From Candidatus Vogelbacteria bacterium (GTDB lineage: Bacteria > Patescibacteriota > Minisyncoccia > Phycocordibacterales > XYD1-FULL-46-19), in assembly GCA_021414225.1 (NCBI GenBank), contig JAIOOX010000004.1, positions 66,206-130,205 of the forward strand: 64,000 nt of DNA, given 5' to 3'. Both the position numbers and the translations under genes were made by a program. Below the pieces are notes generated by a model, which saw only the letters and a list, made by a program, of their open reading frames with translations, did no database searches and was not told the DNA's origin. Every line of letters starts with the position of its first letter. The first letter of the stretch is position 1. Below, one piece after another: positions 36,872-47,292 of the stretch.

Positions 36872-38101
36872 ATGATAAAACCTATGGCTGACGACTCTCA
36901 AATAAAAAATATTCAACCTTCAGAAAATTCTAGCGACGATTTTATTCCTTTACCAAAACAAGATCCTGTTAATATTGACCCCTCTGGTACTGTCACAGAT
37001 TCTCCAAACCGATCAAACTTAACTGACAAATTGAAAGCGGCTCGTTTGGCTATGCAGGGACCAGAACGAACTATTCAACGTGAACGCAATGAACGCGAAA
37101 GACAGATCGATAAAGAAAAAAGTGAATTGGGACAATCCTTAAGTCTGATTACGAAAAAAAAAGAAGATATGGAGATCGGGTGGGTAGTACTCGACAATAA
37201 ACGAGTTGATTTAAAAAAGATGCTCGCCCCGCTTTTGGATGAAGAAGAAAAATTAGAAACAGCTGAAGACGAACTCGAAGGCAGAGAACGAACAACAAGC
37301 TTACCAACTGATCGACAAAAAATAGAAAAAGAGCGTTGGGTTATTCAAGACAAACGAAAAGAACTTGAGAAACAGAAATGGGGATTTGAAGATAAGATCA
37401 CCAAAGTTGAAACCCTAATCAAAGAGAGTACTGAAAAATATCAGACTCTTTTAGACGAAGAGGAGATCACTATTAAAAAATTAGACGACTTGGAAAGCGA
37501 GCTATCACTAATCGCTGAGCAAGCCAGACTTGAAGAAGAGGAGGCAATGAGGAAGGCAGAAATAGCTCACTCCGAGATAGAGAAAAAAAGACGTGAAGAA
37601 GTAGCTAAAAAAGAACAGGCTGAGCTAGAGGTCAAAAGAAAAGAAGAGTTAGAGAAAAAAATAGCTGAAGAAAAAAAGAAGAAGGAAGCTGAGGAGATTA
37701 AAAAGCAAGAAGAACTAAAAAAACAAGAACAAGCAGCCAAGGCCAACACGGCCGCTAATTTAGAATTGGAAAAAGCCAAAGCGGCAGCTCTCGCTCAAAA
37801 AGCTATCGATGAAACCAAGAAAAAAGTTATCGAGATGGCGCAACTGAAAGCTCGAGGGGAAACTGAACTACAACGACAACAAGCTAGTAAAATAAATACT
37901 CTTGGAGTTACTCCAAATAATTCCGTTCCCGCTATTGATATAGTAAAAGAGGAAATCAAAACCAAACTATCTCAAATAAACACTAAAACTGAAAATGGGG
38001 ACATACCAGTTGCCACCACAGAAGAAGAAAATTTGTTACCCAAATTACGAACCCTAAAGAGTGACTTAGCAAAAATAAAAGGCATAGGTGGAAAAAATTA
38101 A
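36872..38101 (+). CDS. Long coiled-coil hypothetical protein
   Basis: Glu/Lys-rich; C-terminal LRTLKSD; start may be 36884. Confidence 0.75.
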   Translation: MIKPMADDSQIKNIQPSENSSDDFIPLPKQDPVNIDPSGTVTDSPNRSNLTDKLKAARLAMQGPERTIQRERNERERQIDKEKSELGQSLSLITKKKEDMEIGWVVLDNKRVDLKKMLAPLLDEEEKLETAEDELEGRERTTSLPTDRQKIEKERWVIQDKRKELEKQKWGFEDKITKVETLIKESTEKYQTLLDEEEITIKKLDDLESELSLIAEQARLEEEEAMRKAEIAHSEIEKKRREEVAKKEQAELEVKRKEELEKKIAEEKKKKEAEEIKKQEELKKQEQAAKANTAANLELEKAKAAALAQKAIDETKKKVIEMAQLKARGETELQRQQASKINTLGVTPNNSVPAIDIVKEEIKTKLSQINTKTENGDIPVATTEEENLLPKLRTLKSDLAKIKGIGGKN

Positions 38102-38152
38102 TTTTTTTCTTAACAAAAAAAGTCTCTACCAATTAGTCAGTTTAAGATTATT

Positions 38153-39472
38153 ATGACCGAAGACAACCTACAAACAAAAATCCAAGCGGCTAAACAGGCC
38201 CTCACTGGAAATAAAAATCTAGGGTCTAATAATCTATTTGCGACTGAGTTGGTTTCACGACGTAAATCAACCTTGAGTTTAGTTGATGCCGATAGACAGA
38301 CTCTAAAGACCAACCCAACTTTAACCCCGGAAGAGATAGCTAAAAGGCGGGAACAAGCCAAGAGGGCTATGGAGAGCTTTGAACATAAACAACGTCGTGA
38401 AACTAGAGAAAAAAGGGAGCTTGAGAGTAGAGCCCTAGCCCAAAAAATAGAAGAGATGAAAAAAGCCAGACTAGATCTTGAACGTAAAAAATCATCAGAA
38501 GAATTTAAAGAAAGCGCTAAGATGGAAGAGGATAAGCGCAAGCTAAGTGAGGGTTATCAAAAAAAAGTAGCTGAAGCTCGGGCTGAAGTAGAGGCTATTA
38601 CAAAATCTCAGACCCAGAAGGTAAACACTTATCACACTCTTCAAACTGACATCAATGACCAAGTCACTTCTGGTGGCTTAACTTTGACCAAAATAGCTTT
38701 GGAAGATGAAGCAAGACATCGTTTAGAAACATTACCACGAGAACCAGTTGGGGTCAGTCGGGGTAAATTAATTTTAATCGGCAGTCTAGGTTTTATTATT
38801 TTAGGTATAGGATTTCTAACAATCAGTTTCGTAATAACAAGACCAGGTGTCTCTCAAGTACAACCAGTGGTTATTAACTCTATTGTTTTTGCTGAGGAGC
38901 ACCAGGAGGTGGTCACCGACAATCAAACACCAAACCAAATCCAAGATTTAATTAAAACTAATTTAAAAAAATCTTACTCCGCCAGTAAAGTAATTGATCT
39001 ATATCCAACCAAAACAATTACGACTGACAAAACCATCATCAAAAAAATATTATCTGGTCCAGAGATCTTAACCTTTTTTCAAATAGCTATTCCAATTAAT
39101 TTTACTCATTTTTTACTTGACCCTTTTATGATGGGGGTAGTCTCAGATCCAACCGCGACCAGTAGTGCACCCTTTTTCATTTTTAAAACTCGCTCATTTG
39201 AAAACACTCTCGACAGTATGTTACGTGAGGAAAATATCATTGTCGCCAATATTTTTGGCCCTCTAACTGAGAACAAAAACTCTATCCAGATTGGAAACTT
39301 TACAGACAAAATTATAAATAATATCGACACTAGGATTTTGTCTGACACAGATAACAACTCTCTCGCTATTTACGGTTTTGTTGATCGCTCAACCTTAATT
39401 ATGACTACAACGGAAGCGGCTTTCACTAAACTGTTAACGGCCTACCAAACTCCAAAACCCACTGTTAACTAG
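38153..39472 (+). CDS. Bitopic membrane protein with cytoplasmic coiled coil
   Basis: Charged N-half, single TM, extracellular domain. Confidence 0.75.
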   Translation: MTEDNLQTKIQAAKQALTGNKNLGSNNLFATELVSRRKSTLSLVDADRQTLKTNPTLTPEEIAKRREQAKRAMESFEHKQRRETREKRELESRALAQKIEEMKKARLDLERKKSSEEFKESAKMEEDKRKLSEGYQKKVAEARAEVEAITKSQTQKVNTYHTLQTDINDQVTSGGLTLTKIALEDEARHRLETLPREPVGVSRGKLILIGSLGFIILGIGFLTISFVITRPGVSQVQPVVINSIVFAEEHQEVVTDNQTPNQIQDLIKTNLKKSYSASKVIDLYPTKTITTDKTIIKKILSGPEILTFFQIAIPINFTHFLLDPFMMGVVSDPTATSSAPFFIFKTRSFENTLDSMLREENIIVANIFGPLTENKNSIQIGNFTDKIINNIDTRILSDTDNNSLAIYGFVDRSTLIMTTTEAAFTKLLTAYQTPKPTVN

Positions 39473-39511
39473 ACTGATTGACCGACCCAATAGCTGTGTT
39501 AGACTATTTTT

Positions 39512-39886
39512 ATGGAACAAAATATATCTCATTTTAAAAATCTTTTATTAACTGAAAAAGAACAATTAGAAGCTGGTTTAAATGAAGTAGGCTTACCAGA
39601 CTCAGACCAGACTGGCGACTGGCACGCCGCACCAAGTGACCGCAGTGAAGTAGATATGCGTGACGATGTAGCGGACAGATTGGAGGACTTCGAAGAACAA
39701 GAAGCGACTGAGGTAAATCTTGAAAAACAATTACGTGATGTAACTTTAGCTTTAGAAAAAATAGAAGCTGGTACTTATGGTTTGTGTGAAATCGGAGGGG
39801 AGCCGATTGAAACAGATCGTTTAGAAGCAAACCCCGCTGCCCGTACTTGTAAAATTCACCTCAACGAAGAAGCCGATCTATCATAA
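39512..39886 (+). CDS. DksA/TraR family protein (atypical zinc finger)
   Basis: ALEKIEAGTYGLCEIGGEPIETDRLEANPAARTCKIH. Confidence 0.85.
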   Translation: MEQNISHFKNLLLTEKEQLEAGLNEVGLPDSDQTGDWHAAPSDRSEVDMRDDVADRLEDFEEQEATEVNLEKQLRDVTLALEKIEAGTYGLCEIGGEPIETDRLEANPAARTCKIHLNEEADLS

Positions 39887-39900
39887 TTTAATTTTAAATT

Positions 39901-41451
39901 ATGTTTGCCAAAATTCACTCCGTCCAAATAGTTGGTTTAAGACCAGACATTATTGATGTTGAAGTAGATATTGGTAAAGGTCTTCATTCTTTTGCTGTCG
40001 TCGGCTTGCCAGACAAAGCAGTTGAAGAGGCCAAGGATCGTATAAATGCGGCCATTAAAAATAGTGGCTTCAAAGCCCCTGCACGTGGTAATAAAAAAGT
40101 AATTATTTCTTTAGCCCCAGCTGACATTAAAAAAGAAGGTACCCATTTTGACCTACCAATCGCTCTTGGTTTTTTACTAGCTAATGGTGATATAAAATTT
40201 GACCCAACTGGTAAAATATTTATTGGCGAACTAGGCCTGTCTGGTGACTTGCGTCCAGGTAAAGGTATCTTACTTTTAGTAAAGAAGGCAAAAGAAGCAG
40301 GTTTCACAGAAATATTTGTTCCAAAAGCTAATAGTAAAGAGGCTGCCCTAATAAGGGGTATTTCTGTTTATGGGGTTGATCACTTGAAAACTTTAGTTTC
40401 ACACTTATCTGGTCCACCCATCAGGGAAACATCTTCCCGGGTTGAAAAAATAAATCTAACAGCTGAACCTGTTACCGTTGTTGAGCCAACAGAAATTTTT
40501 ACATTAATAGATTTTGCTGATATTAAAAGTCAAAGTACCACCAAAAGGGGATTAGAAATTGCTGCCGCAGGCGGACACAATGTTTCCATGTTTGGTCCAC
40601 CAGGTACAGGTAAGACCATGTTAGCTAAAGCTTTTGCTGGTATCCTACCACCCTTATCATTTGAAGAAATTTTGGAAGTGACCGGCATCCATTCAGCCGC
40701 TGGAGTACTAGAAGAAGAACTTATTACCGCCCCACCATTTCGGGCCCCTCATCATACCGCTAGCTATGTTTCACTAGTTGGCGGTGGGACTTGGCCTAAA
40801 CCAGGTGAGATCACTTTAGCTCATCGAGGAGTTTTATTTCTCGATGAATTTCCAGAGTTTGAAAAGAGAGTCATTGAAGCCCTACGACAACCTTTAGAAG
40901 ATCGGGTGATCACAGTCGCTCGAGCCAAACACACAACCCGATTCCCAGCTCAAGTTATTTTGATCGCAGCTATGAATCCTTGTCCTTGTGGTAATAGAGG
41001 GACAAAAAATAAAGAGTGTGTCTGTTCCCAGCTAGATATCATGCGTTATGATCGAAAATTATCGGGTCCGATTATGGATCGAATTGATATCTGGCTTCAA
41101 GTACCACCAGTTGATTATATAAAACTATCTGACAACGCCAGCGAAGAGACTTCTCATAAAATAAAAACTCGAGTTTTAAGTGCTCGTCAAAAACAAATAA
41201 AAAGATTTGCTGGGACCAATCTAAAGAGCAACAGCGAGATGAATGTTAAGGATTTAAAAAAATTTGCTCCCCTTGGTGAAAACGAAACAAAACTCTTAAA
41301 TAATTCAGCAGCTCGCTTGGACCTCTCGGCCAGAGCTTATCATCGAGTTATTAAACTAGCCCGAACTATAGCTGATCTGGCCAGTGCTGAAAATATTGAA
41401 GAAAGCCATCTTCTCGAAGCTCTCCAATACCGACCTAAAAGTTTAAACTAA
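39901..41451 (+). CDS. comM: ComM/YifB Mg-chelatase-like AAA+ helicase
   Basis: VGLPD, GPPGTGKT, PFRAPHH, LFLDEFPEF, AMNPCPCG, LSARAY. Confidence 0.93.
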   Translation: MFAKIHSVQIVGLRPDIIDVEVDIGKGLHSFAVVGLPDKAVEEAKDRINAAIKNSGFKAPARGNKKVIISLAPADIKKEGTHFDLPIALGFLLANGDIKFDPTGKIFIGELGLSGDLRPGKGILLLVKKAKEAGFTEIFVPKANSKEAALIRGISVYGVDHLKTLVSHLSGPPIRETSSRVEKINLTAEPVTVVEPTEIFTLIDFADIKSQSTTKRGLEIAAAGGHNVSMFGPPGTGKTMLAKAFAGILPPLSFEEILEVTGIHSAAGVLEEELITAPPFRAPHHTASYVSLVGGGTWPKPGEITLAHRGVLFLDEFPEFEKRVIEALRQPLEDRVITVARAKHTTRFPAQVILIAAMNPCPCGNRGTKNKECVCSQLDIMRYDRKLSGPIMDRIDIWLQVPPVDYIKLSDNASEETSHKIKTRVLSARQKQIKRFAGTNLKSNSEMNVKDLKKFAPLGENETKLLNNSAARLDLSARAYHRVIKLARTIADLASAENIEESHLLEALQYRPKSLN

Positions 41452-41460
41452 AAAATACAA

Positions 41461-41486
41461 AAAAAAGCGCAAACCTGCGCTTTTTT
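41461..41486. terminator. Bidirectional terminator
   Basis: aaaaaagcgc/gcgctttttt between convergent genes. Confidence 0.7.
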
Positions 41487-41503
41487 GTTTGTTAAAAATA
41501 AAT

Positions 41504-42232
41504 TTAAGCGTCAAACCGAACCGGAGCAATCTTGATTAATTCAACAATCGTTTCAGGGTCATCTAAAATAGTGTAGAGGTCCATATCTATTTCATCAATA
41601 GCCTGAAATTTTTCATAAATAGTTTTTTGAATAAACTCGTGCAATGGAGCCCAATATTCTTTACCCACCAAGATAACCGGCACGCGAGGAATTTTTTTAG
41701 TTTGAATTAAGGTGATTATTTCAAAAAATTCATCTAGCGTCCCGAAGCCGCCAGGAAAATAAACAAAGGCCTCGGCTGAAAAAGATAAGCACACCTTGCG
41801 AGTAAAAAAATAATGGAAACCAACATGTCCTGTAACATAAGGATTTGTAGCTTGTTCTTGAGGTAATTCAATTGTTAAACCCAACGAGGACCCTCCGGCT
41901 TCGTAGGCACCTCGGTTACCACCTTCCATAATACCTGGACCACCACCAGTTAATACCGCATAACCATTATCAGCTAGACGACGAGCTAAAATTCTCGCTT
42001 GTTCATAATAAGAATGATTTTCTTTAAAGCGAGCGGAGCCAAAGAAAGTAACTGATTTATGATATTTTCTAATAAAATCAAGGCCGTCCGTAAACTCTTT
42101 ATTAATCTCTAGTAATCGCTCCTGAATTGCTTCGCCCAACATTTCCATTGTCATTGGCTTAATCGGTAATTCAGATTCTGGCACATTAACTTCGTCTTTA
42201 GTTGGGTCTGAAGTATGAATATTTGGTTGCAT
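41504..42232 (-). CDS. LOG family (TIGR00730-like) nucleotide phosphoribohydrolase
   Basis: FGSAR, TGGGPGIM, PGGFGTLDE. Confidence 0.9.
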   Translation of the reverse strand: MQPNIHTSDPTKDEVNVPESELPIKPMTMEMLGEAIQERLLEINKEFTDGLDFIRKYHKSVTFFGSARFKENHSYYEQARILARRLADNGYAVLTGGGPGIMEGGNRGAYEAGGSSLGLTIELPQEQATNPYVTGHVGFHYFFTRKVCLSFSAEAFVYFPGGFGTLDEFFEIITLIQTKKIPRVPVILVGKEYWAPLHEFIQKTIYEKFQAIDEIDMDLYTILDDPETIVELIKIAPVRFDA

Positions 42233-42266
42233 ATGGAGGTTATATTAACACAAAAATGGAGTAACC

Positions 42267-42313
42267 AAAAAACCCACCCTGTCACTCAATAGAGTGACAG
42301 GGTGGGTTTTTTT
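42267..42313. terminator. Intrinsic terminator
   Basis: aaaaaacccaccctgtcactc/gagtgacagggtgggtttttt. Confidence 0.85.
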
Positions 42314-42321
42314 ATTCTTAA

Positions 42322-43374
42322 TTAAAATGGATTTGGTGCCCCACGAATTTCAAAGTGGAGATGAGTACCAGTAGAACGACCAGAGGAACCCATTTGGCCA
42401 ATAACCTCACCTTGAGAAACCGTCTGCCCGACGCCGACATTAACATTGAGTAAATGGGCGTACAAAGTTTGAGTATTATTTTTATGTTTAATGACAATAT
42501 AATTACCATAGCCACCATTCCAACCACCGGTTTTAGCCACAATAACCGTTCCTGAAGCCGAAGCATAAATTTCTGAACCTAACTTATTAGCCAAGTCCAC
42601 ACCGTTTTGTCCGTGGATACCTTGTGTTTTTAAGCCACCACGAGTCGGCCTTAAGTAATAACCAGAATAAACCAATTTATTAGGACTAGGAATTCTAACT
42701 TCACCTCTGACTGGTTGTTTAACAACCGCCACAGGAGGGGCCACTTCTCCATTCGGTACGATTATTTCCATACCCACAGTCAGTTTTGTATCTACTTCTA
42801 AGTTATTAAATTGAGCAATTTCCCTAGCATCACCTTTATACTTTTTAGCAATCGAAGCAACCGTATCTCCTTTAACCACCAAGTGCTTTACTCCTGAAAT
42901 AGGCAAAATAATCAAAACCTGACCTTCCTTTATTGGCTGATTCTTCTTTAAGTCATTGGCCCAGATTATAGTGTTAACAGATACCCCAAACATATTCGCA
43001 ATAGCTGGCAAAGAATCTCCAGTATGAACCACATAAACACTAATATGATCAGCCTTACTAGGTAAGTCTTGGATGTCCACTGCTGTACCTAGTGGACCAG
43101 TCTCGGCCACTAAAGCACTATCATTAACAATCACTATTTCTGCATCAACTAAACCTTTCTTGTCAGCCCCTATGGACATATTACTATTCTCTAATAAAGG
43201 AATCGTCTGCGAGTTTAAAAGTGAAACACTGTCAAGAGTTTGATTTTTATTCACTATAGAAGACAAAACAGAAAGCACTCCAGCCTGAACACTGGTCGCC
43301 ACACTCAAACAAATAATCACACCCAAAAAAAAGACCGTCCGACTAAAAATCGATGCCTTGAGTTTAAATATCAA
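42322..43374 (-). CDS. LysM-LysM-M23 peptidoglycan endopeptidase
   Basis: Two LysM repeats, GVDLA, YAHL, STGTHLHFE. Confidence 0.9.
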   Translation of the reverse strand: MIFKLKASIFSRTVFFLGVIICLSVATSVQAGVLSVLSSIVNKNQTLDSVSLLNSQTIPLLENSNMSIGADKKGLVDAEIVIVNDSALVAETGPLGTAVDIQDLPSKADHISVYVVHTGDSLPAIANMFGVSVNTIIWANDLKKNQPIKEGQVLIILPISGVKHLVVKGDTVASIAKKYKGDAREIAQFNNLEVDTKLTVGMEIIVPNGEVAPPVAVVKQPVRGEVRIPSPNKLVYSGYYLRPTRGGLKTQGIHGQNGVDLANKLGSEIYASASGTVIVAKTGGWNGGYGNYIVIKHKNNTQTLYAHLLNVNVGVGQTVSQGEVIGQMGSSGRSTGTHLHFEIRGAPNPF

Positions 43375-43588
43375 GCCCTTTCTGGATAAACCAAGAACAG
43401 AACGTTTTAAGAATCGAGGTAAAATAAGTCCCTAAAATAAGCTTCTAATCAGCATCCCGACAAAATATGGCTCAACAAAGCCCTATTAAAAATCAAAGCC
43501 AATCTGATTAACTAAATAATTATACTAAATGAGGTCTTAAGAGCAATAACTCCAAGTATAAGACAGTGGATAGGAAAAACTGTCAAAA

Positions 43589-45964
43589 CTAACCCCTGAG
43601 GCGGTCTAAGATCTCTCTTTCAATGTCAATCAGGTCACGCCCGTAGGTTAAACGGGATAGTTCTTTTAGTTTATCTTTAACCTCACTTGATCCTGATACT
43701 GCTCGATTGGTCTTAAAGTTAAAAGGTTTGGCCGGTTCTCCATTTAAGAGTAATTTAGCAAAGGCATTTTGATTTTCAATCGTAATTAAATCTCGTTCAT
43801 TAAAGGTTGGCCCAAAATGTTTAACTAAGCTTTCCGCGTCAGCTGCACCCACCCGAAAGGCAGTCATTGACCCAACGTTACCAAAAACTGACTCCCTAAT
43901 CTCATCTGTTAATTGAGCAATAAACTGATGGGCAATTACTAAGTTAAGGCGATATTTACGAGCCTCGGACAAAATGACTGAAATCGAGTCTGTCGTAAAA
44001 TTTTGAAACTCATCAATATAGAGATAAAAGTCTCGTCGAGCTGATTCCTCAACATCGGTCCTTGATAAAGCTGCTAACAATATCCGACCGGTAATCACCA
44101 TCCCTAAAAGACCAGCGTTAATATCACCGATTCGGCCTTTAGCTAAATTAACTAGCAAGATTTTTCCTTCGTCCATAACTTGGCGAAAATTAAAAGCAGA
44201 TTGAGGTTGTCCAATAATCGGCCTCATATAGTCGTTAGCGATGAAGTTGCCAAATTTGGAAGTAATATAAGGGGTCATATTAGCCAATCCCTGTTCACCG
44301 GTTGTTTTACTAGCTTCTTTAGTCCAAAAATCAATCACCGTTGGATTAGTAATCCGTGCTAGTTTTTTATTACGAAATTCTGGATCAGTAAAAATCCGCG
44401 GCACTTCCATTAAGGTAGCTGGTTCATTTTTAGCATCCTCCATCAACAACAATAGCGAGTTACGCATATATTGTTCAAACATCGGCCCCATAGTCTCCTT
44501 ATCAAATAGGCGATTGAAGATTGATTGTATTTCGTTAACAATAAAAGTCTTTTCTTCCGGTCGACTAAAATCGTACTCCAACATGTTTAAGCCAAGGGGA
44601 CGAGATAAGTCACCTGGATCAAAAACTATCACATCATCAATCCTTTCAATTGGCACTCGAGCCAAAATATCGTCAATCAAGTCGCCATGGGGATCAATCA
44701 CACATAAACCTTTACCAGCTTCCATATCTTGGACTGCCATATTAAGCATCATAAAAGATTTACCGGTTCCTGTTTGGCCGACAGTATAGAAGTGGCGACG
44801 ACGATCCTTGTCTGTCATTCGGACCAATTTTTCCTCTCCTCTAAAAGTACTAGTACCAACAATTACCCCTTCATCTGGCAGATTATTCGGTGGCTCAGCT
44901 TCTCGAGCTTTAAGCCAATTAATGCGAGGAATGTTAATCGTCGCTGTTGGTAAATGGAAAATACTAGCCACTTCTTCAGTATTTAAAACCATCGCATTAT
45001 GACTAACGAATTCTCGAAAAATATAATCAAACATTAATCTTTTCAAGGTCCTTGGTTTAACTACTTTAAAACCATTACGCAACGGCGCTGTGTATTGACT
45101 AAATGAACCAGCTAATGACAATAAAATATCCTCCGCTCGAGCCTGGGTTCCCGATGAGGTAACCAATCTAACATTAACCGCAAAAAGAGGTTTAGATATT
45201 TTTTGGCTCAAAGTTTTTACCATCTCTTCATCAACTACTCCCGAATTAGCCGGACTAGCTTCAGTAGTAACAGTCCCAGGGGCCATCATTTTACCAACAA
45301 ACTCCAACTCTTTTGGCGGTTTTAAATCAAATAATGGTTTTTTTATAATATCTGCAAATTTTTTTCCTTGTTTTAGAGATTCAATCGCGTTATTTATTTT
45401 TTTATTTTCATCGCCATAAGCTGGCCGCAAAACTACTTGTAATGAAGCTCCGTCACCAGTTTCAGCCAACTTAGACAACGTAGTGACAATCCCAGCAAAA
45501 GTATCAATCCCACTTTCTCGGTAAGTTCTGATCGGCAAAAGCGGCGTTTTGTTTAAAGTTAGATAAGCACCAACGCTACCACCATCTGGATTAAAGATAG
45601 TGTAATCGTGAGCATCAGCCACTTGAGCATCAGGGAAAAAACCCCTAATTTGTTGTTTGACAAAATCACTGACTTCTCTAGGTACAGCAATGTAAAAATG
45701 AATATCGCCCAAACTATTGTGAACGGATGTTTCCAGGACACAAGGCTTGTTAATAGCCGCCAAAGCACTAATAAATTGTTCTGTTTTATTAATCTCGTCA
45801 GTAAAATCTTTCTGTTCTTCAAGTCTGGACTGAGGCAGCCGAACACTCATCACCTTTAAGTTAAGGGCATCGAAAGATGGCTTCCGTCTCAATAAAAAAA
45901 TCCCCACCACTATAGTTGTTAGGACCAAGAGTGAACCAATGACTAAAGTAGGAGAAATTAACAT
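43589..45964 (-). CDS. VirD4/TraG-like (HerA/FtsK superfamily) type IV secretion coupling ATPase
   Basis: N-terminal TM, RRHFYTVGQTGTGKS, IDPHGD, LYIDEFQNF, SEARKY. Confidence 0.85.
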   Translation of the reverse strand: MLISPTLVIGSLLVLTTIVVGIFLLRRKPSFDALNLKVMSVRLPQSRLEEQKDFTDEINKTEQFISALAAINKPCVLETSVHNSLGDIHFYIAVPREVSDFVKQQIRGFFPDAQVADAHDYTIFNPDGGSVGAYLTLNKTPLLPIRTYRESGIDTFAGIVTTLSKLAETGDGASLQVVLRPAYGDENKKINNAIESLKQGKKFADIIKKPLFDLKPPKELEFVGKMMAPGTVTTEASPANSGVVDEEMVKTLSQKISKPLFAVNVRLVTSSGTQARAEDILLSLAGSFSQYTAPLRNGFKVVKPRTLKRLMFDYIFREFVSHNAMVLNTEEVASIFHLPTATINIPRINWLKAREAEPPNNLPDEGVIVGTSTFRGEEKLVRMTDKDRRRHFYTVGQTGTGKSFMMLNMAVQDMEAGKGLCVIDPHGDLIDDILARVPIERIDDVIVFDPGDLSRPLGLNMLEYDFSRPEEKTFIVNEIQSIFNRLFDKETMGPMFEQYMRNSLLLLMEDAKNEPATLMEVPRIFTDPEFRNKKLARITNPTVIDFWTKEASKTTGEQGLANMTPYITSKFGNFIANDYMRPIIGQPQSAFNFRQVMDEGKILLVNLAKGRIGDINAGLLGMVITGRILLAALSRTDVEESARRDFYLYIDEFQNFTTDSISVILSEARKYRLNLVIAHQFIAQLTDEIRESVFGNVGSMTAFRVGAADAESLVKHFGPTFNERDLITIENQNAFAKLLLNGEPAKPFNFKTNRAVSGSSEVKDKLKELSRLTYGRDLIDIEREILDRLRG

Positions 45965-45969
45965 AATCT

Positions 45970-46416
45970 CTAAGAAATTAAGCCTCTAGACTTTAACTCG
46001 TCATAAAGTTTGTCAACTAAAGCATCGTGGAAAGCATCCAAAATAAAAGGTGAGTGGGTGAGGGCTTGATTAATAACCTGCTTTATTCCCTTAACCGGAA
46101 CCAGGGCAATTAAATTATTTATAACAGCCACCGATTGATCATCTAGAGTATCTAAATAACTCTGGTCGCCAACTACCGACTTGGCGACCACCGGCGTAAC
46201 TCCCGCCGGGGCCAAATCTACCCCCACCTGCTCGGTTGAGGTAGTCTGTTCACTAGAGACAAAATTTTCTGTTATCGTCTCACTGATAACTTCGTGATCA
46301 GAAACCACCCCTCTTTCCGATTCTAGTTGTTTTCGTTTAACACTAATTTGACGAGACAACTCTGCTATTTCAGCTTCTAAATTATGAGAGTTGTTCCAAG
46401 TTATATTTTCAGGCAT
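45970..46416 (-). CDS. Hypothetical protein
   Basis: C-terminal PFILDAFHDAL; TATAAT 6 nt before ATG 46416. Confidence 0.7.
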   Translation of the reverse strand: MPENITWNNSHNLEAEIAELSRQISVKRKQLESERGVVSDHEVISETITENFVSSEQTTSTEQVGVDLAPAGVTPVVAKSVVGDQSYLDTLDDQSVAVINNLIALVPVKGIKQVINQALTHSPFILDAFHDALVDKLYDELKSRGLIS

Positions 46417-46470
46417 AATGACATTATACAATAAAAGAGACTAAACCCCAGACTTTGTAAATATAAATCT

Positions 46471-47247
46471 ATGGAAAAAATAGACAGCTCAAACATTAAT
46501 GAAGAAAATGGTCACCAATTGAATCCTGTTGATCAAAAAAAATACGACAGTCAAAATGAAAACCGTATTAACGAATTATGGGACGCCCTAAAAACAAAAG
46601 AGGCGACTAGACAACAAGAAAACCGACAAATAATAAAAGAGCAAGCTCCTGTTTTATCGGAAGAAAACTTTCTCACCAAATCAGGCGACTATGTAGATTT
46701 CAGTCAAGCCAAATCAATTCCTGAAATCATAGAACAACTAGCCGAACTCGGTGAAATACAACACGGCAATGGTGAAAATATCCAAACCATACCAGCTGAA
46801 CAAATCATTACTTTAATCTATGACCGACTTTACAACCCTTACGCTGACTGGACCAAGATTACCTTACGCCACCGTTTACGAGAATCTATTTATAGACTAG
46901 CTGAAGATTTTAGAAAAACCCCAGACTATTTTAATAATTTAAACGCCAGCCAATACCTAAAGGCCACCAACCTTAATGAATTAAAATTATTTCTAGAAGA
47001 TGAGGTGGCTATCCCAGCCACTAATGGTCAGATCATGACCGGTTCTCAGGCGATTGAAGCCATTGAATATGGCCGACTCGACCTCCTCCCAGCTCAATTG
47101 AGATTTAAAATCATCTCTTTAAACAAACTCTCCGCCACCCAATCAAACCAAACTGCGCCAGCTGTGAGTCCAGCCAAATCTCAAACTTGGCGCCAATCAC
47201 TTACTAATACTTGGTCTTCAGTTAAGTCATTCTTCTCCAGGGGCTAG
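46471..47247 (+). CDS. Hypothetical protein
   Basis: 258-aa ORF with possible internal duplication (AKSIPEI.. / ATNLNEL..). Confidence 0.7.
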   Translation: MEKIDSSNINEENGHQLNPVDQKKYDSQNENRINELWDALKTKEATRQQENRQIIKEQAPVLSEENFLTKSGDYVDFSQAKSIPEIIEQLAELGEIQHGNGENIQTIPAEQIITLIYDRLYNPYADWTKITLRHRLRESIYRLAEDFRKTPDYFNNLNASQYLKATNLNELKLFLEDEVAIPATNGQIMTGSQAIEAIEYGRLDLLPAQLRFKIISLNKLSATQSNQTAPAVSPAKSQTWRQSLTNTWSSVKSFFSRG

Positions 47248-47292
47248 TTATCCTCAGACCAGATAACAGTGTGATATAGTAATCACACTTTC

